Below are positions 63,120 to 64,000 of a DNA stretch of 64,000 nt, in pieces. Where the stretch lies: NCBI GenBank assembly GCA_964016885.1, contig OZ024740.1, forward strand, positions 140,864,001 through 140,928,000, read 5' to 3'. Made by a program: the position numbers and the translations under genes. How positions within the stretch are numbered: the stretch's first letter is position 1; each line of letters begins with the position of its first letter. The notes beneath the pieces are model-generated. The model worked only from the letters and a program-made list of their open reading frames with translations, did not search any database and was not told where the DNA came from. This DNA comes from Eledone cirrhosa (taxonomy: Eukaryota).

Positions 63120-63345
63120 TTCTGTATTGGCTCTTCTCTAGTGCTGGTGTTATGATGAAATGCACCCAGTACATGCTACAAGGTGGTTGGTGTTAAGGAG
63201 GGCCTCCAGCCATAGTAACCATGCCAAATATGGAATGTATGAACAAGATGAGATCTCTCTGACTTGTCTAGCCATGGCAACCTATCCAACCCATGTCAGC
63301 ATGGAAGACAAAATCATGATGATAATGATGATGATGATTATGATA
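63120..63345 (+). mobile_element. SINE-like repeat with RTE-type (ATG)n tail
   Basis: ATGCACCCAGTACA..GGTTGGTGTTAAGGAGGGC..CCAGCC...TCCAACCCATGTCAGCATGGAA...ATGATGATG. Confidence 0.65.
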
Positions 63346-64000
63346 CATATAATTATTTATGTATGTATGTATAGGCTGTCAATAGGCCTGAACATAAATA
63401 TATCTACAACAAACCAATGCTATCCATGAACTGAAGCAAACATAATCCATAAACCTACATTCTACCCCACTTACCAGACCCATACCACATAAGATAAAGT
63501 AAAAATCACATATTTTCTTCAAAACAACATTCCAACGCTTCCAGCAAAACAACAACTACCCTGCAGCAATTACTGGTATAGGGTGACAGACTTCATCAGG
63601 CTGCAGCCATGATATTACGTAATTTATGTAATATATATATTAAGCTAATGACAAAAGATAAAATGATAAAAAGATTCAAAACAACAACAGAACAGCAGAC
63701 ATACTGATATGTTCTATAAATAGACTTTGTCGGTAGGGCTGGGGTAAATTACAAATGAGATTGTTTTCAGTGCTATGCTTTTCCAATGTCGGATGCATTC
63801 AATTATAGAATTGAATTTTTTGAAGTAGCAGCATAAAAGACATTTCTATATATTCAATCAGGTATGAATTACAGCCATGTCTGAAGGTTGAAAGAACACA
63901 GAAGAGGCATTTATATTGGATTATAAGAAAATAATGAAAGTCTGTCTTTCTTTATTTCTGTCAGTCTGTCTGTCTTTTCTTCTCTAGTCACAAACAGATG

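Overview
Eukaryotic, repeat-dominated, AT-rich DNA. The SINE and LINE repertoire (CORE-type SINEs, RTE, Penelope, Dong/R4) and the abundant (TA)n, (ATG)n and (TAA)n microsatellites point to an Octopus-type cephalopod genome (inference). Bases 1 to ~32,550 are one tandem array of a 25-bp G/T-rich monomer, TGTGGTATAG(A/T)TGTAGG(T/G)ATGGTTG (~1,300 copies, running off the left edge), with nested multi-kb higher-order duplications. The long minus-strand T/H/Y/P-rich ORFs are by-products of this satellite. The main discovery is at the array's right edge: the monomers change to TATAGGTGCAGGTATGGCTGTGTGG and run directly into the body of a tRNA-derived SINE. The monomer matches the 5' head (Pol III A-box) of a free copy of that SINE at ~49,812, so the satellite appears to be a massively amplified SINE head. 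Bases ~32,550-64,000 are intergenic or intronic-looking: decayed RTE, RTE-BovB, Penelope and Dong/R4 fragments, several SINE families, TTAA-flanked MITEs, hammerhead-ribozyme relics, a 90-bp palindrome and microsatellites. No intact host protein-coding gene could be recognised. All alignments were done by eye.
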